Below, piece by piece: positions 1 through 9,564 of a stretch of DNA of 64,000 nt. Source of the stretch: an uncultured Actinomycetes bacterium. Its GTDB lineage: Bacteria; Actinomycetota; Acidimicrobiia; IMCC26256; PALSA-610. Under the pieces are notes generated by a model. That model was given only the letters and a program-made list of their open reading frames with translations. It made no database searches and was not told the DNA's origin. Position 1 is the stretch's first letter, and each line of letters starts with the position of its first letter. A program made the position numbers and the translations under genes. The stretch is from positions 66,402 to 130,401 of the forward strand of contig CAWIFT010000005.1 of assembly GCA_963835455.1 (NCBI GenBank), given 5' to 3'.

Positions 1-2016
1 CCGCCCGAGAACGGGATGCTGCCCGAGATCCTCGGCGAGCTCGGGTGGAACACGTACATGGTGGGCAAGTGGCACCTGTGTCCCGAGGACGAGATGAACC
101 TCGCGTCGACGCGGCGCAACTGGCCGACCGGTCGTGGCTTCGAGCGCTTCTACGGATTCCTCGGCGCGGAGACGAGCCAGTGGTACCCCGACCTCGTGTA
201 CGACAACCACCCGGTCGACCAGCCCAAGACGCCGGAAGAGGGCTACCACTTCACCGACGACATCACCGACAAGGCGATCGAGTTCATCAGTGACGCCAAG
301 GCGATCGCGCCGGAGAAGCCGTTCTTCCTCTACTACGCGCCCGGCGCGTGTCACGCGCCGCACCACGCGCCGAAGGAATGGATCGACCGCTACAAGGGTC
401 GCTTCGACATGGGCTACGAGGCGATGCGTGACCAGACGCTCGCCCGGCAAAAAGAGCTCGGCATCGTGCCGCCCGACACGCAGCTCCCGCCGGTCAACCC
501 GATCGGTACGAGCAAGACGCGTACCGGACCCGAAGGAAAGCCGTTCCCGCCGCTCGACGAGACGCTGCTCTGGGATTCACTCAAAGACGACGAGAAGAAG
601 CTGTTCTCGCGCATGGCCGAGGTCTACGCGGGCTTCCTGTCGCACGTCGACCATCACATCGGCCGGCTCGTGGACTACCTCGAGCGGACGGGCGAACGGG
701 AGAACACCCTCATCTTCGTGGTGTCGGACAACGGCGCCAGCGGCGAGGGTGGGCCCTACGGATCCGTCAACGAGATGAAGTTCGCGAACGGCATCCCCGA
801 CGACATGGCGTCGAACCTCGCGCTCATGGACGACCTCGGGAGCCCGAAGACGTACAACCACTACCCGAACGGTTGGGCGATGGCGTTCAACACGCCGTTC
901 AAGATGTGGAAGCGGTACGAGTTCAACGGCGGGACGAGCGACCCGTGCATCGTGTCGTGGCCGGCGGGCATCAAGGCGCGCGGCGAGATCCGCTCGCAGT
1001 ACCACCATGCCATCGACCTCGTGCCGACGGTGCTCGACGCGGCCGGGGTCGAGTCGCCCACCGCGATCAAGGGCCACACCCAGAGTCGTTTCGACGGCGT
1101 GAGCATGCGGTCGAGCTTCGACGACGCGGACGCGCCGTCGGCGCGCCGCACGCAGTTCTATTCGATGCTCGGTTCGCGCGGCATCTGGCACGACGGCTGG
1201 AAGGCGATCACCACGCACCCCACGCTCAGCGGGTGGAGCAACTTCAACGACGACGAGTGGGAGCTGTACCACGTCGACGTCGATCGTTCGGAGATGCACA
1301 ACCTCGCGGCGGAGCAACCGGACAAGGTCCGCGAGCTCGTCAACCTCTGGTACGCGGAGGCGGGCGCGAACCAGGCGTTCCCGCTCGACGATCGAGGTGC
1401 GCTCGAGATCATCTTGACCCCCCGACCCGTGCTCACGCCGCCGCGAAACCGCTACGTCTACTTCGCGGGCACGGCCGAGGTTCCCGAGTCGCAAGCCGTG
1501 AACGTGCGGAACCGTTCCTTCGTGATCGGTGCGCAGGTCGACCTGCCGGGACCGGTCGCCGAAGGCGTGATCTTTGCGCACGGTTCCCGTTTCGGTGGTC
1601 ACGCGCTCTATGTGCGCGACAACCGGTTGCACTATCACTACAGCTTCGTCGGGATGCTCGAACAAGAGGTCGTCGCGACCGCGGAGCTGCCGACGGGCGA
1701 GAACCTGCTCCTGTCCGCATCGTTCGACAAGGACGGCGAGGACCCGCCCGGCGTCGCGACCGGGATGCTGTCGCTGTACCACGGCGACACCAAGGTCGGC
1801 GAGGCTCGTATCCGGACCCAGCCCGGCAAGTTCATGCTCGCCGGTGAAGGGCTCTGTATCGGGCGCGACAGCGGCGCGGGCGTGACCGACGGCTACGCCG
1901 GGACCGCGCCGTGGCACTTCACGGGCGGGACGATCAAGCGCGTGGCGGTCGATGTGAGCGGCGAGCCGTACCTCGACCTCGAGCGCGAGGCCGCCGCGAT
2001 GTTGGCGCGCGAGTAA
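1..2016 (+). CDS. Arylsulfatase (sulfatase family), 5' end cut by window edge
   Basis: The frame is open from nt 1 (PPENG precedes the first Met at 16). Sulfatase-family blocks are present: GKWHL, FLYYAPGACHAPHHAP, VVSDNGAS, NTPFKMWK. The N-terminal active-site CxPxR segment would lie upstream of the window. Confidence 0.9.
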   Translation, partial: PPENGMLPEILGELGWNTYMVGKWHLCPEDEMNLASTRRNWPTGRGFERFYGFLGAETSQWYPDLVYDNHPVDQPKTPEEGYHFTDDITDKAIEFISDAKAIAPEKPFFLYYAPGACHAPHHAPKEWIDRYKGRFDMGYEAMRDQTLARQKELGIVPPDTQLPPVNPIGTSKTRTGPEGKPFPPLDETLLWDSLKDDEKKLFSRMAEVYAGFLSHVDHHIGRLVDYLERTGERENTLIFVVSDNGASGEGGPYGSVNEMKFANGIPDDMASNLALMDDLGSPKTYNHYPNGWAMAFNTPFKMWKRYEFNGGTSDPCIVSWPAGIKARGEIRSQYHHAIDLVPTVLDAAGVESPTAIKGHTQSRFDGVSMRSSFDDADAPSARRTQFYSMLGSRGIWHDGWKAITTHPTLSGWSNFNDDEWELYHVDVDRSEMHNLAAEQPDKVRELVNLWYAEAGANQAFPLDDRGALEIILTPRPVLTPPRNRYVYFAGTAEVPESQAVNVRNRSFVIGAQVDLPGPVAEGVIFAHGSRFGGHALYVRDNRLHYHYSFVGMLEQEVVATAELPTGENLLLSASFDKDGEDPPGVATGMLSLYHGDTKVGEARIRTQPGKFMLAGEGLCIGRDSGAGVTDGYAGTAPWHFTGGTIKRVAVDVSGEPYLDLEREAAAMLARE

Positions 2017-2061
2017 GTCGCGACTAGAACCAGTGTTCGAAAGTCATTCGAGAAAGAGGTA

Positions 2062-2475
2062 ATGGAGATGGGACCCATCGAGATCCTGATCATCGGCTTC
2101 CCGGGCAACAAGTTCACCGGTGAGGTCGCGCCCACGTTGGCCGAGCTGGTCGAGTCCGGGCAGATCCGGGTGATCGACCTCGTCTTCGTGGCCAAGGACC
2201 CGGCCGGCGACGTCGTCGCGGTCGAGCTCTCGGACGTCGACAAGGCGACGAGCGCCGCGTTCCAGCCGTATGTCGACGAACCGAGCGGCATGCTGTCCGA
2301 CGAGGACATCGAAGACATCGCCGTGGCGCTCGAGCCCAATTCGTCGGCCGCGATCCTGTTGTTCGAGCACCTGTGGGCCACCAAGTTCCAGCAGGCGGTC
2401 CTCGGTGCCGGCGGCGTGCTCATCGATTCCATCCGCATCCCCAAGGAAGTCGTCGACGCCGTCGTCGCCGTCTGA
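2062..2475 (+). CDS. DUF6325-like small protein
   Basis: 137-aa ORF beginning MGPIEILIIGFPGNKFTGEVAPTLAELVESGQIRVIDLVFV, typical of the actinobacterial DUF6325/DUF1269-like family. AAGAGG Shine-Dalgarno sequence upstream. Confidence 0.75.
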   Translation: MEMGPIEILIIGFPGNKFTGEVAPTLAELVESGQIRVIDLVFVAKDPAGDVVAVELSDVDKATSAAFQPYVDEPSGMLSDEDIEDIAVALEPNSSAAILLFEHLWATKFQQAVLGAGGVLIDSIRIPKEVVDAVVAV

Positions 2476-2503
2476 CACCCGAGTTTCACGAGAGGACACT
2501 GAG

Positions 2504-2785
2504 ATGCTTCGACGAGGACGACCGCTCTTGCGGACCGCGGCAGTGGTCGGCACCGCCAGCGTGGTGGCCGGCAGCGTGCAGCACCACCAGCAGCAGAAGT
2601 ACGCGGCCCAGGACGCGCAGGCCCAGCAGGACGCGTACGCGCAGCAGGCGCCGCCCCCTGCGCCCGCCGCACCGGCGGAGCCCGACCTCAACGCGCAGCT
2701 CCAGCAGCTCGCGCAGTTGCACCAGCAGGGAATCCTGACCGACGAGGAATTCTCGGCGAAGAAGGCCCAGATCCTCGGCATCTGA
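2504..2785 (+). CDS. SHOCT domain protein
   Basis: Internal ATG at 2504 in ORF 2270..2785, preceded by AGAGGA. Gln/Ala/Pro-rich linker followed by a C-terminal SHOCT motif (LAQLHQQGILTDEEFSAKKAQILG). Confidence 0.75.
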   Translation: MLRRGRPLLRTAAVVGTASVVAGSVQHHQQQKYAAQDAQAQQDAYAQQAPPPAPAAPAEPDLNAQLQQLAQLHQQGILTDEEFSAKKAQILGI

Positions 2786-3660
2786 TGACGGGTCCGCTCC
2801 CGAGCTGGCGCGACACCACGGCGAAGAAGTCGGTCCTCGACTTCGTCGGCGCGGTCACCGACCCGAAGTCGGATGCGTTCGTCCCGGAGCGCGACCGCGT
2901 GGCGGTCTTCGACAACGACGGCACGATCTCGACCGAGCAGCCGTACACGCAGCTCGCGTTCATGCTGGATCGCGCCACCGAGCTCGGGCGGCCCACGACG
3001 CCGGACGAGCTCGAGGCCGGCGGCATGCCGGCGGTGCTCGAGCTCGTCGCGTTCACCCACGGGTCGATCTCGACCGACGAGTTCAACCGCGTGGTGCGCG
3101 CGTGGATCGCGACGGCGCGCCATCCGCGCTTCGGGCGTTCCTACGCGGCCATGGTCTACCAACCGATGATCGAGTTGCTCGGGCTGCTGGACGCGCACGG
3201 GTTCGAGTGCTGGATCTTCTCGGGGGGCGGCTCCGACTTCATGCGCGCGTGGGCGCCGGAGGTGTTCGGCATCCCGCCGCACCGGATCATCGGCAGTTCG
3301 GGATCGGTCACGTTCCGGATGGGCGACGCGGGACCGGAGCTCATCAAGGGCACCGATCTGAAGGTGATCGACGACAAGGAACAAAAGCCGGTCTCGATCC
3401 ACAACGCGGTCGGGCAGCGACCGATCTTCGCGGCGGGCAACACCGACGGCGACCTCGCGATGCTGCAGTGGGCGGCCGGGAGTCCGTACCGGTCGTTCGA
3501 TCTCGTCATTCACCACACCGACGCCGAGCGCGAGTTCGCGTACGACACGGACCCACTCCTGGGCGCGGGCACCACGGCGGTGCTGGCCGCCGCGGCCGCG
3601 GGCGGCTGGACCGTCGTCGACATGGCGGCCGACTGGGAGACGATCTACGCGCCCGAGTGA
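2785..3660 (+). CDS. HAD-family hydrolase
   Basis: HAD motif I DNDGT and motif IV GNTDGD. TGATG overlap with the SHOCT stop. Confidence 0.85.
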   Translation: MTGPLPSWRDTTAKKSVLDFVGAVTDPKSDAFVPERDRVAVFDNDGTISTEQPYTQLAFMLDRATELGRPTTPDELEAGGMPAVLELVAFTHGSISTDEFNRVVRAWIATARHPRFGRSYAAMVYQPMIELLGLLDAHGFECWIFSGGGSDFMRAWAPEVFGIPPHRIIGSSGSVTFRMGDAGPELIKGTDLKVIDDKEQKPVSIHNAVGQRPIFAAGNTDGDLAMLQWAAGSPYRSFDLVIHHTDAEREFAYDTDPLLGAGTTAVLAAAAAGGWTVVDMAADWETIYAPE

Positions 3661-3663
3661 TCG

Positions 3664-4527
3664 CTACCCGACGAGCGCGGGCGCGAGCTCACGCCAGTCG
3701 GTCCGGGGAAGTTCGTCGTCGGGGCGGATGACCTGGACGCAGACGTGGTCGGCGCCGGCGTCGCGCATCGCCTCGACGCGCGCGGCAACCGTGTCGATGT
3801 CGCCCCACGCGACGATCGCATCGACGAGCCGGTCGCTGCCGCGGTCGGCGAAGTCGTCGTCGCCGTAGCCGAACTCGCGCAGGTTGTTGGTGTAGTTCTC
3901 GAGGGTCACGTAGACCGCGGTGTGACGGCGGGCAGTCTCGCGTGCCGACGCCGGATCGCGATCGAGCACGACCGCGAGCTCGGTGGCAATGGTCGCGTCC
4001 GCGCCGACGATCTCGCGGGCGCGCGCAATGTGCTCGACCGGAACGAAGTAGGGGTGAATGCCGGATGCTCGATCGCGGGCGAGACCCAGCATCCGCGGGC
4101 GCAGCGCCGCGAGCACGCGTGCGTCGGCGGGAAAGGGTGTGCTCGCCCGGTCGAGGCCGTCGAGGAACTCGACCATCTTCGAGAACGGTTTCGTGTAGCG
4201 GCCGGGGTTGCCGTGGTCGATCAACGGGGCGTGACTCACGCCGAGCCCGAGCAGGAAGCGGCGCTGCCACGCCTCGGACCAGGACGCCCGCCGGTCGGCG
4301 ACCTCGGTTGCGGTGTGCATCCAGATGTTGAGGATGCCGGTCGCGATCGCGATGCGCGGCGCCGCGCCGAGGAGCGCTTCGACCGCACCGAGCACGTCGC
4401 CGCCGACGTCGGGGACCCAGATCGCGGAGTAGCCGAGCTCGTCGAGCTCCGCGGCCGCGTCGGCGACCAGCCCGGGGTCGCCGTAGCGCATGTGCGCAGA
4501 CCAGATGCCGGTGCCGGTGAGTGCCAT
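3664..4527 (-). CDS. LLM-class F420-dependent oxidoreductase
   Basis: 287 aa beginning MALTGTGIWSAHMRYGD...LDELGYSAIWVPD, the pattern of the luciferase-like monooxygenase TIGR03620-type family. Confidence 0.85.
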   Translation of the reverse strand: MALTGTGIWSAHMRYGDPGLVADAAAELDELGYSAIWVPDVGGDVLGAVEALLGAAPRIAIATGILNIWMHTATEVADRRASWSEAWQRRFLLGLGVSHAPLIDHGNPGRYTKPFSKMVEFLDGLDRASTPFPADARVLAALRPRMLGLARDRASGIHPYFVPVEHIARAREIVGADATIATELAVVLDRDPASARETARRHTAVYVTLENYTNNLREFGYGDDDFADRGSDRLVDAIVAWGDIDTVAARVEAMRDAGADHVCVQVIRPDDELPRTDWRELAPALVG

Positions 4528-4563
4528 GCGTGCTCCGATGCTCCGTCGTGACGACGAGGCAGG

Positions 4564-5673
4564 CTACGGCACCGGTACGTAGAACTGCGCCGCCCACTTG
4601 CGGAACGGGAGGATCGGCCCGTCGCCGTCGGCGAGCGCCGGGTTGGCGATGTGGATCTTGTTGTCGAAGATCACGTTGTCCTCGGCCATTTGCTTGCGGA
4701 GGTCGCGCACGAGGGCCTCGCCGACGCGCTTGGTCTGCGCGAGTGCGTCCGCGTCGAAGCCGAGCTTCTTGACTTTGTAGACCTTGACCGATTGGGTCCA
4801 CTCCCAGTCGATGGGCGTGGTGGTCGCGAAGAAGATCGTGTCGATGATGCCGCAGAAGCGCGCGACGGAGAAGCCGGGACCCCAGCTGTCGGTGTCGATG
4901 CGACCGGGTTGCGGGCCGCGCGGCGTGGCGAAGTCGACGCGGGCGCGGATGTGGTTGAACCAGGAGTCGTACGTGATCGATTCGATCTCGGGCACCGTCG
5001 CCGCGCCGTGCACGGTCTTCAGGTGGACGAAGTCGGGACCGTTCTCCGCGAGCTCCTGCCACGGGCAGCGCACGTTCCATTCCGCGACGATCGGCTCGGT
5101 CCACTCGTCGGTCGCGTACTCCGGCAGATCGGGGATTTCCCACAGGGGAGCCTGCGCCGGGTCGGGGTGATACCAGAACAGCACGAACCCGTTGATGTCG
5201 ATGGCCGGATACGACCGCAGCCGGGCCCGGGCGTTCGTCCGGTCGCTGTAGGGGATGCGCACGTTGCGTCCGTCGCCGTCGTACTCCCACCAGTGGTACG
5301 GGCACACCAGGTTGCCGCCCTCGACCCGTCCGCCGAGCGCGAGGTTTGCGCCGAGGTGAGGGCAGTACGCGTCCATCACGTGGGGCGCGCCCTGCTCGTC
5401 CCGCCAGACGACGAGGTCGCGTGCGAGCAGCCGCAGGGGCCGCACCGTGCCGGCCGCGAGGTCGGCGGTGTCGCACGCGCGGTACCACGCGAACGGGAAG
5501 GACGTGTAGTACGGGAAGCGTTCGCGCGCGGACATCGCCGTCGGCTGGTACTCGCCCTGTTGCGCCAGGACCTGCAACGGCGTCTCGCCCGCGAAGTCGC
5601 GGATCTTGGTGGTGGTCGCGGGCGGGAGGTCTGCGTTCGTCATATCTCCGTTCGTCATGTCTCCGTTCGTCAT
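4564..5673 (-). CDS. Rieske [2Fe-2S] oxygenase, KshA-like
   Basis: Rieske motif CPHLGANL...CPYHWWEY followed by a mononuclear-iron catalytic domain. The N-terminus carries the tandem repeat MTNGD-MTNGD-MTNAD. Confidence 0.9.
   Translation of the reverse strand: MTNGDMTNGDMTNADLPPATTTKIRDFAGETPLQVLAQQGEYQPTAMSARERFPYYTSFPFAWYRACDTADLAAGTVRPLRLLARDLVVWRDEQGAPHVMDAYCPHLGANLALGGRVEGGNLVCPYHWWEYDGDGRNVRIPYSDRTNARARLRSYPAIDINGFVLFWYHPDPAQAPLWEIPDLPEYATDEWTEPIVAEWNVRCPWQELAENGPDFVHLKTVHGAATVPEIESITYDSWFNHIRARVDFATPRGPQPGRIDTDSWGPGFSVARFCGIIDTIFFATTTPIDWEWTQSVKVYKVKKLGFDADALAQTKRVGEALVRDLRKQMAEDNVIFDNKIHIANPALADGDGPILPFRKWAAQFYVPVP
5629..5673 (-). repeat. 3 x 15-nt direct tandem repeat at the TetR stop / Rieske start junction
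   Basis: On the minus strand the sequence reads ATGACGAACGGAGAC / ATGACGAACGGAGAT / ATGACGAACGCAGAC. This gives three in-frame ATGs, at 5673, 5658 and 5643. The first ATG overlaps the TetR stop (ATGA). Confidence 0.9.
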
Positions 5674-6272
5674 GATCTTCCCCGCGGTTTCAGCAGCGTC
5701 CGCGCCGCGCGCTCGAGCTCGTCGGCGATGTCGGCCGGCGCGCGCCCACCCGTGACCAGCCCGACCATGTTCGCGAACATCACCGCCTCGAGGATCCGCA
5801 CCACCTCGGCCCGATCCGGAACGTCGGTGTCACCGAGGGCGAGATCGACCCACCGTTGCATCGACGACTCGAGCGCGGCGCGCGCGTGCGCGACCTCGGG
5901 TGAACCCGAGATGTACGCGCGGGTGATCGCGACATAGAGGTTCGGCGCCTTCTCCACGTTCTGCACCGAACGGCGGAGCATCGCCACCGCGCGCTCGACG
6001 GGCGTACGCGCCCGGCCCGGCCGCGACGAAAGGGTCGCGGTGGTGTGGCCGACGAGCTCGATGAGCACGTCGACGAGGATGTGGTCCTTGGACGAGAAGT
6101 AGAGATAGGCGGTCGGGGGCGAGACGCCGGCGCGTGCTGCAACCGCGCGCATCCCGACGGCTTCGTAGCCGCCCTCGGTCGCCAGTGCGCGGGCGGCGTC
6201 GAGGAGCCGGTGCCGGGTCGCGGCCTGCGTCGCGGACAGCGGACGGACCACCACCTCCGCGCCCGGCGTCAT
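5670..6272 (-). CDS. TetR/AcrR-family transcriptional regulator
   Basis: HTH block RHRLLDAARALATEGGYEAVGMRAVAARAGVSPPTAYLYFSSKDHIL. I prefer the ATG at 6272 (MTPGAEVV) to the TTG at 6296 because it forms an ATGA overlap with the likely P450 stop. Confidence 0.85.
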   Translation of the reverse strand: MTPGAEVVVRPLSATQAATRHRLLDAARALATEGGYEAVGMRAVAARAGVSPPTAYLYFSSKDHILVDVLIELVGHTTATLSSRPGRARTPVERAVAMLRRSVQNVEKAPNLYVAITRAYISGSPEVAHARAALESSMQRWVDLALGDTDVPDRAEVVRILEAVMFANMVGLVTGGRAPADIADELERAARTLLKPRGRS

Positions 6273-7485
6273 GAATGCGACCCCGCGGGCGAGCAACGCG
6301 TCCCATCGGATCGGAACGTGGGCGTAGCCGTCGATCAGGTTGGAGTGGACGCGGGGGAGCGTGGCGACGGGCTCGGTGACCTCGAGCCCCCGAAGCGCGT
6401 GAGCAACGCCTCGAACATGATCCGCGCCTCGAACCGCGCGAGGTTCGCGCCGAGACAGAAGTGCGGCCCGCCGGCCCCGAACGCGACGTGATCGTTGGGA
6501 GCGCGCGTGATGTCGAGCCGATCGGGCTCGTCGAAGGCGAGCTCGTCGCGGTTGGCCGACGGGTACACGAGCACGACGCGGTCACCGGCGGCGATCGCCC
6601 GGCCCGCGATCTCGGTGTCCTTCGTCGCCCGGCGCGTGAACTGCATCACGGGGCTGACCCACCGGAGCAGCTCTTCGATCGCGGTGGGCAGGAGCGAGAG
6701 GTCGGACCGCAGCAGTTCGAGCTGTTCGGGGCTCTCCAACAGCACGATCGTGCCGGTCGTGAGGAGGTTGCGGGTCGTCTCGCTGCCGGCGTTCTGCAAC
6801 AGCATGAAGAACAGGTCGATCTGCATCTGCGTGAGCGTCTCGCCGTCGACCTCGGCGGTGATGAGCACGCTGAGGAGATCGTCCTGCGGTTCCGCACGCC
6901 GTTGCTCGCAGAGATCGTCGGCGTACATGAACATCGCGGTCGCCGCGTCGGCGCGTTCGTCCGGCGTCACCGACTCGTCGAAGCCGAACGTGAGCTCGGT
7001 CCAACGGAACACCTGCTCGCGATCGGCTTCGGGAACCCCGACGAGATCGGCGATCACGTGCAAGGGCAGCCACAGCGCGATGTCGGAGACGAGATCGCAA
7101 CTCGTCGCGGCCCGCGTGCGCGTCCACGATGCTGTCGACCCGCACGCGGACGCGGTCTTCGAGCTCCGCGACGCGGCGGGGCGTGAACCCCTTGTTGATC
7201 AGCTTCCGCAGCTTCGTGTGCAGTCGGCGGGTCCTGGCTGATGAGCAGGTCCGACATGCCGCCGTCGCCGTCCTCGGGAATCTCCGCGTCGAGGAACGGA
7301 TGCGGTGCGTTGGCGAACGTCGCGGAGTCGCGCGAGACGCGCTGGACGTCGGCGTGACGCGCGATCACCCAGTAGCCGCGCTTCCACGTCGGGTGATCGT
7401 GGTGCGAGACGGGATCGTCGGCGCGCAGGGCGCGGAACGTGTCGTGCGGGAAACCGTGGGTGAAGGTGGCGGGGTCGTGGAACAC
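6269..7485 (-). pseudogene. Cytochrome P450, reading frame broken 3-4 times
   Basis: The N-terminal part (FHDPATFTHGFPHDTF...LLISQDPP) lies in the frame of ORF 7054..7704. The piece HTKLRKLINKGFTPRRVAELEDRVRVRVDSIVDAHAGRDE lies in the frame of ORF 6582..7145. The I-helix, EELLRW and haem loop (FGAGGPHFCLGANLAR) lie in ORF 6335..7063. The C-terminal LEVTEPVATLPRVHSNLIDGYAHVPIRW is in a fourth frame. Frame shifts fall near 7222, 7098 and 6388, and probably near 6305. Confidence 0.85.
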
Positions 7486-7543
7486 GATCCGATCCTGACA
7501 CGCGCCTTTACACGTGTCCAGAAATCTGTTGGGATGACGTCCG

Positions 7544-8722
7544 GTGCTCTCCGACGCAGCGTTCCGAACCGAGGCGGTGGCGTGGCTCGCCGAGCACGCG
7601 CCCGCGATGCGCGCCCGCCTCGACCGCGCCTGCGGCGACCGGGAGCACTTCGAGACGGGCCGGACCTGGCAGCGCGAGCTGTACGACGGCGGCTGGGCCG
7701 GCATCGCCTGGCCGGTCGAGTACGGCGGCCGGGGCGCGACGCGCGGAGCAGGCGGCGATCTTCGCGCAGGAGCAGGCGCGCTTCGCCGTGAGCGCCGGCT
7801 TCGTCGCGTCGACGATCGGCATGGTGGGTCCCGTGCTGCTCCGGCACGGATCGGCGGCGCAACGCGAGCGTTACCTCCGACCCCTGTTGCGGGCCGACGA
7901 AGCGTGGTGCCAGTTGTTCAGCGAACCGGTCGCGGGCAGCGATCTCGCGAACCTCGCGACCCGGGCGGTGCGCGACGGCGCCGAGTTCGTGGTCAACGGT
8001 CAGAAGGTGTGGACGTCGAACGCGCACCTGTGCGACTTCGCGATCCTGCTCGCGCGCACGAACCCCGACGCACCCAAGCACCGCGGCATCTCCTTCCTGC
8101 TCGTGGACATGCGGACACCGGGGGTCGAGGTGCGGCCGCTGCGCCAGATCACCGGCGCCGCGCACTTCAACGAGGTGTTCCTGACCGACGTCCGCGTCCC
8201 GGTCGAGAACGTCGTCGGCGAGATCGACAACGGATGGGCGGTCGGCCCGTGCGGTACTCGCCCACGAGGCGGCCGTGATCGGCGGCGGCAATGCGGCCGT
8301 CGCGGGCTACGCCGCGCTCGCCGCCTTGGCCCGCGACCTCGGTCGCGCCGCCGAGCCCGTCGTGCGCCAGCGGCTCGCCGCGGCCTATACGAGCGAGCGG
8401 ATTCTCGACTACATGAAGCAGCGCGTGCAGGCGGCCGTGCGCGACGGCAACGGTCCCGGGATCGACGGCTCGGTGATGAAGGTGCTCTGGTCGGAAGCGC
8501 GGCGCGACGCGCGCGGAGCTCGGTGTGGCGCTGCTCGGCGCGCGCGGCGCGCTCGACGACGACTGGCCGCTCCAGTTGCTCGAGCAGTTCTCGAGCACGA
8601 TCGGTGGGGGGACGAACGAAGTGCACCGAACGATGATCGGCGAACGGGTGCTCGGGCTGCCGGCCGAGCCGCGGGTCGATCGCGACGTCTCGTACCGCGA
8701 GTTGGCGGCTCGCCGTGTCTGA
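7544..8722 (+). pseudogene. Acyl-CoA dehydrogenase, three frame changes
   Basis: ACAD sequence is spread over ORFs 7544..8278, 7788..8636, 8275..9534 and 8525..8722 (WPVEYGGRGAT / AEQAAIFAQEQ...EIDNGWAV / ARAVLAHEAAVIGGG...KVLWSE / AELGVALLGARG...GGTNEVHRTMIGERVLGLP). Frame shifts fall near 7740, 8244 and 8505. Confidence 0.85.
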
Positions 8723-9521
8723 CGCGACCGAGTCGTATCGCATCAACGACGAACCCGATCAGGTGCGGCGCGAGCACGACCGCCTGCGCGTGCTCGTCGC
8801 GTGTCGCCGACGGCCGCACACGCGCGCGCCCTGACCGATGTCGGCATCGCGGCGGGTTGGCACTGCTGCGATCTCGGTTCCGGCGCGGGCACGGTCGCGG
8901 CGTGGATGGCCGAGCAGGTGGGGCCGACGGGCCGCGTCGTGTCGCTCGACGTCGACACCCGGTTCCAGCCACCGAGCTCGGGTGTCGTCGAGGTGCGCCA
9001 GGTCGACGTCACCACCGATCCCGATCGGCGCGGCCGAGTTCGATCTCGTGCACGCGCGTGGCGTTGCTGCAACACCTCGCCCAACGCGAGGCCGTGCTCG
9101 ACGCGATGATCGCGGCGGCGAAGCCGGGCGGCTGGGTGGTCGTGAGCGACGTCGACTGGATCCAGTTCGACGCGCAACCCGTGCCCGAGCCGTTCGCGAC
9201 ACTGTCGCGGACGCTGCGCGAGCTCAGCGCGAGCCAACACGGATACGACGGGACGTGGGGTCGGATGCTCGTCGCCGCGTTCACCAGACGCGGCCTGGCC
9301 GACGTGAACGCGCGGGGCGAGGTATGGACGATGCGCGGCGGGCACGGACTCGGCCGAGTGGTACGTCGCCGCGCTCGACCGTGCGCTCGACGTCGTCCCC
9401 GCCGACGTGTTCCCGCCGGGTTTCGATCCCCGGGCCGCGATCGCCCAGGCGCGCGAACCCGACCTTCGCGATCCTGTCGCCCATCTCGGTCACCGCATGG
9501 GGTCGCAAGCCCGAGCGCTGA
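8715..9521 (+). pseudogene. Class I SAM-dependent methyltransferase, 5-6 frame changes
   Basis: SAM motif CCDLGSGAGTVAAWMAEQVGPTGRVVSLDVD is present. The pieces IGAAEFDLVHARGV, LLQHLAQREAVLDAMIAAAKPGGWVVVSD, TDSAEWYVAALDRAL..., and FAILSPISVTAWGRKPER each sit in a different frame. Frame shifts fall near 8795, 8830, 9017, 9060, 9345 and 9462. The GTG start at 8715 overlaps the ACAD end. Confidence 0.75.
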
Positions 9522-9564
9522 ACCCGAGCGGTGAACGGGCCCGGGCAGCTGGCAGGATGACCGG

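Noticed and set aside
5670-6296. TetR with the TTG start at 6296, or a genuine P450-TetR fusion because the last P450 frame has no stop before TetR
   Set aside because: A one-base correction in the GGG run near 6305 gives the P450 a stop that overlaps the ATG at 6272 (ATGA), the junction type used throughout this window. A P450-TetR fusion has no precedent that I know of.
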